Shown: positions 61,847 to 64,000 of the stretch, in pieces
Layout: the number at the start of each line of letters is the position of its first letter
How positions within the stretch are numbered: the first letter of the stretch is position 1
Assembly (NCBI GenBank): GCA_045121005.1
Contig: JBGVFJ010000065.1
Location: forward strand, 29,776-93,775
Source: Acutalibacteraceae bacterium
GTDB taxonomy: Bacteria; Bacillota; Clostridia; Oscillospirales; Acutalibacteraceae
DNA: 64,000 bases
Direction of reading: 5' to 3'
The notes under the pieces: generated by a model
The model's database searches: none
The model's input: the letters and a program-made list of their open reading frames with translations, nothing else
What the model was told of the DNA's origin: nothing
Made by a program: the position numbers and the translations under genes

Positions 61847-63889
61847 TTAGTCTTCTTCGTCAACCTTTGCTTCTGCAATAACTTTTTCTGCAACGGGAGC
61901 AGGTGCATCTTCGTATCTTGCAAATTCAAGGAAGTAGTAGCCTCTGCCTGCTGTTACCGAACGGAGAACTGTGGCAAAATCGCCCATTTCTGCCATGGGA
62001 ACTTCAGCAACGAGCTCCTGCATCTTGCGCTCTTCTGCAGGACCCATACCGAGAACGCGACCGCGGCGCTTTGTAACGTCACCCATAATATCACCGAGAT
62101 GATCTTCGGGCATATATGCCTTGAGAGTGCCTACGGGTTCAAGGATAACAGGGCTTGCCTGAGGAATACCGCTCTTGAATGCCAATGAAGCGGCAGTTTT
62201 GAATGCCATTTCAGAGGAGTCAACAGGATGGTAAGAACCGTCATAAAGAACAGCCTTGAGACCAACCATGGGATAGCCTGCCATAACACCCTTCTTCATA
62301 CAATCGCGAAGACCCTTTTCAACTGCGGGGAAGAAGTTCTTGGGAACTGAACCGCCGACAACCTCTGACTCAAAGATAAGGTCATCACCGTCATGGGGTT
62401 CAAAACGAATCCAAACGTCACCGAACTGACCGTGACCGCCGGACTGCTTCTTATGGCGACCCTGAACCTGAACTGTTTTACGGATAGCTTCTCTGTAAGC
62501 AACTCTGGGAACTGTCAAATCAACCTCAACGCCGAACTTTGTCTTAAGCTTGGAAGCGATGATGTCAAGATGCTGTTCACCCATACCGTAAAGAACCTGT
62601 TCACGGGTTTCTTTATTGATTTCAAATCTGATTGTGGGGTCTTCTTCAACAAGACGGTGAATACCTGCAACAACCTTTTCTTCCTCACCCTTTTTGCGAA
62701 CCTTAACTGCCATAGCAAGGTTGGGTGTGGGGAAGTCTACGCCGTCGAGCTCAACAACATTTTTGGGGTCACACATTGTGTCGCCTGTTTTGAAGCCGGA
62801 AAGCTTTGTAACAACACCGATGTCACCTGCGGGGATGCAGGTCGCATCCTCCTGCTTGCCGCCGCGTACGGTGATGATTTTACCCATTCTTTCGGTTTCG
62901 CCTGTGCGAACGTTATAAGCAGCAGAGTCAGCCTTAATCTTACCTCTTACTACCTTCATAAATGACATTTTACCAACGAAGGGGTCGGCAACGGTCTTGA
63001 AGCAGATAGCTGCAAGAGGTCCGTTTTCGTCACATTCAACATCACCCTCACCTGCTTTTTCGCCTGCGATGGGAGCTGAGAAAGCAATTTCATCAAGGAG
63101 CATATCAACAGCGTCACCTGTGTAGCCGGCGCAAGCATAAACGGGATATACGTTACCTTCGCTAACGCCCTTGTTGAGTGCGCCTGCGATTTCTTTGCGG
63201 GTGAAGGTTTCGCCCTCAAAGAATTTATCCATCAAATCTTCATCAGAAGTTGCAACTGTTTCTGTGAGGATGTCGAGCATCTCAGAAATTCTTGCATCCT
63301 CGGGCATGGGAACCTCTGTGGGCTTGCCGTCTTTATATTCATAAGCTTTTCTTGCGGCGAGGTTAACATAGCTCTTAACCTTACCGTCAACAACATAAGG
63401 AACAACAACGGGGCAAACAGAGCTCTTGTGTTCTTCTTTGATTGCCTCAAAAGTTTTGTAGAAGTCAGCGTTTTCACCGTCACAACGTGTAACGGCAAAC
63501 ATTCTTGCGATGCCTCTCTTCTTGGCAGCTTTGTATGCCTTTTCTGCGCCTACATCATAGCCTGAGCCTGCAGATGTAACGATGAGTGCACATTCAGCGG
63601 CACGGATACCTTCACTCATACCGCCTGCGAAGTCGAAAAGACCGGGAGTGTCGATTATATTAATTTTGCAATCTTTCCACTCGATGGGAGCAACTGCACT
63701 TGAAACTGAAGTTTTACGACGCTTTTCTTCTGCGTCAAAGTCGAGAACTGTGTTACCGTCGGCAACTCTGCCCATACGGTCTGTGAGACCTGCCCAATAA
63801 AGCATAGCCTCTGCAAGAGTTGTTTTACCTCTTGAGCCGTGTCCTGCGATTACGATATTGCGGATGTCATTAGCATTATAAGTTTTCAA
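61847..63889 (-). CDS. Elongation factor G paralogue (EF-G-like translational GTPase)
   Basis: 680 aa. TTG start 8 nt after GGAGG. G1 AGHGSRGKTT, G3 DTPG, and EF-G domain IV/V-like C-terminus. An extended -10 TGCTATAAT lies upstream at about 63953-63965. Confidence 0.85.
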   Translation of the reverse strand: MKTYNANDIRNIVIAGHGSRGKTTLAEAMLYWAGLTDRMGRVADGNTVLDFDAEEKRRKTSVSSAVAPIEWKDCKINIIDTPGLFDFAGGMSEGIRAAECALIVTSAGSGYDVGAEKAYKAAKKRGIARMFAVTRCDGENADFYKTFEAIKEEHKSSVCPVVVPYVVDGKVKSYVNLAARKAYEYKDGKPTEVPMPEDARISEMLDILTETVATSDEDLMDKFFEGETFTRKEIAGALNKGVSEGNVYPVYACAGYTGDAVDMLLDEIAFSAPIAGEKAGEGDVECDENGPLAAICFKTVADPFVGKMSFMKVVRGKIKADSAAYNVRTGETERMGKIITVRGGKQEDATCIPAGDIGVVTKLSGFKTGDTMCDPKNVVELDGVDFPTPNLAMAVKVRKKGEEEKVVAGIHRLVEEDPTIRFEINKETREQVLYGMGEQHLDIIASKLKTKFGVEVDLTVPRVAYREAIRKTVQVQGRHKKQSGGHGQFGDVWIRFEPHDGDDLIFESEVVGGSVPKNFFPAVEKGLRDCMKKGVMAGYPMVGLKAVLYDGSYHPVDSSEMAFKTAASLAFKSGIPQASPVILEPVGTLKAYMPEDHLGDIMGDVTKRRGRVLGMGPAEERKMQELVAEVPMAEMGDFATVLRSVTAGRGYYFLEFARYEDAPAPVAEKVIAEAKVDEED

Positions 63890-64000
63890 TGATGTTTCCT
63901 CCTTCGCCGCGGTGAAGCGGCTTTACCTACCGTCGGAAACCCGACGATAGACTCATTATAGCACCAGAAAACATCATTTTCAAGCATTTTACATAAAAAT

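Noticed and set aside
61847-63889. Calling the EF-G-like gene a tetracycline ribosomal-protection determinant
   Set aside because: There is no mobile-element context, no leader peptide and no diagnostic motif that I can recognise. The default interpretation is an EF-G paralogue.

Overview
This 64-kb window looks like a chromosomal segment of a Clostridia-type Firmicute. That is an inference from gene content: dockerin and cohesin modules, a type-A RNase P RNA, a hisZ-containing his operon and ECF transporters. A Ruminococcus-like Oscillospiraceae host is plausible but unproven. From left to right the window contains seven blocks. (1) 1 to about 8.0 kb is the right-hand part of an integrative element. 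It carries a prim-pol/PriCT/DUF3987 replication protein, small ORFs, a lone HK97-fold major capsid gene, an HTH/zinc-ribbon regulator and two overlapping large serine recombinases, and it ends next to tRNA-fMet. (2) rplM-rpsI. (3) 9.8-18.6 kb is a cobalamin-riboswitch-led operon. It combines transcobalamin-like binding modules, cohesin and dockerin modules, and an ECF importer with an EcfA-EcfA-S fusion. This is my main candidate for an undescribed system. (4) A complete hisZGDCBHAF-IE operon with a eutH-like permease as its last gene. (5) Housekeeping genes: M29 aminopeptidase, ABC-2 exporter, mreB-like/comFC/recD2, rnpB, pnuC, tmcAL, ackA and sugar-modifying enzymes. (6) 48.1-58.3 kb encodes a 3405-aa secreted protein with an N-terminal PHP-like domain and about 25 Listeria-Bacteroides repeats. 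It appears co-transcribed with a 61-aa acidic peptide and a degenerate CPBP-like membrane protein. (7) A YdjC deacetylase/esterase/FliB-like operon and an EF-G paralogue. I saw no CRISPR array, rRNA or transposase. All domain calls were made by eye from sequence motifs, and none was verified by a database search.
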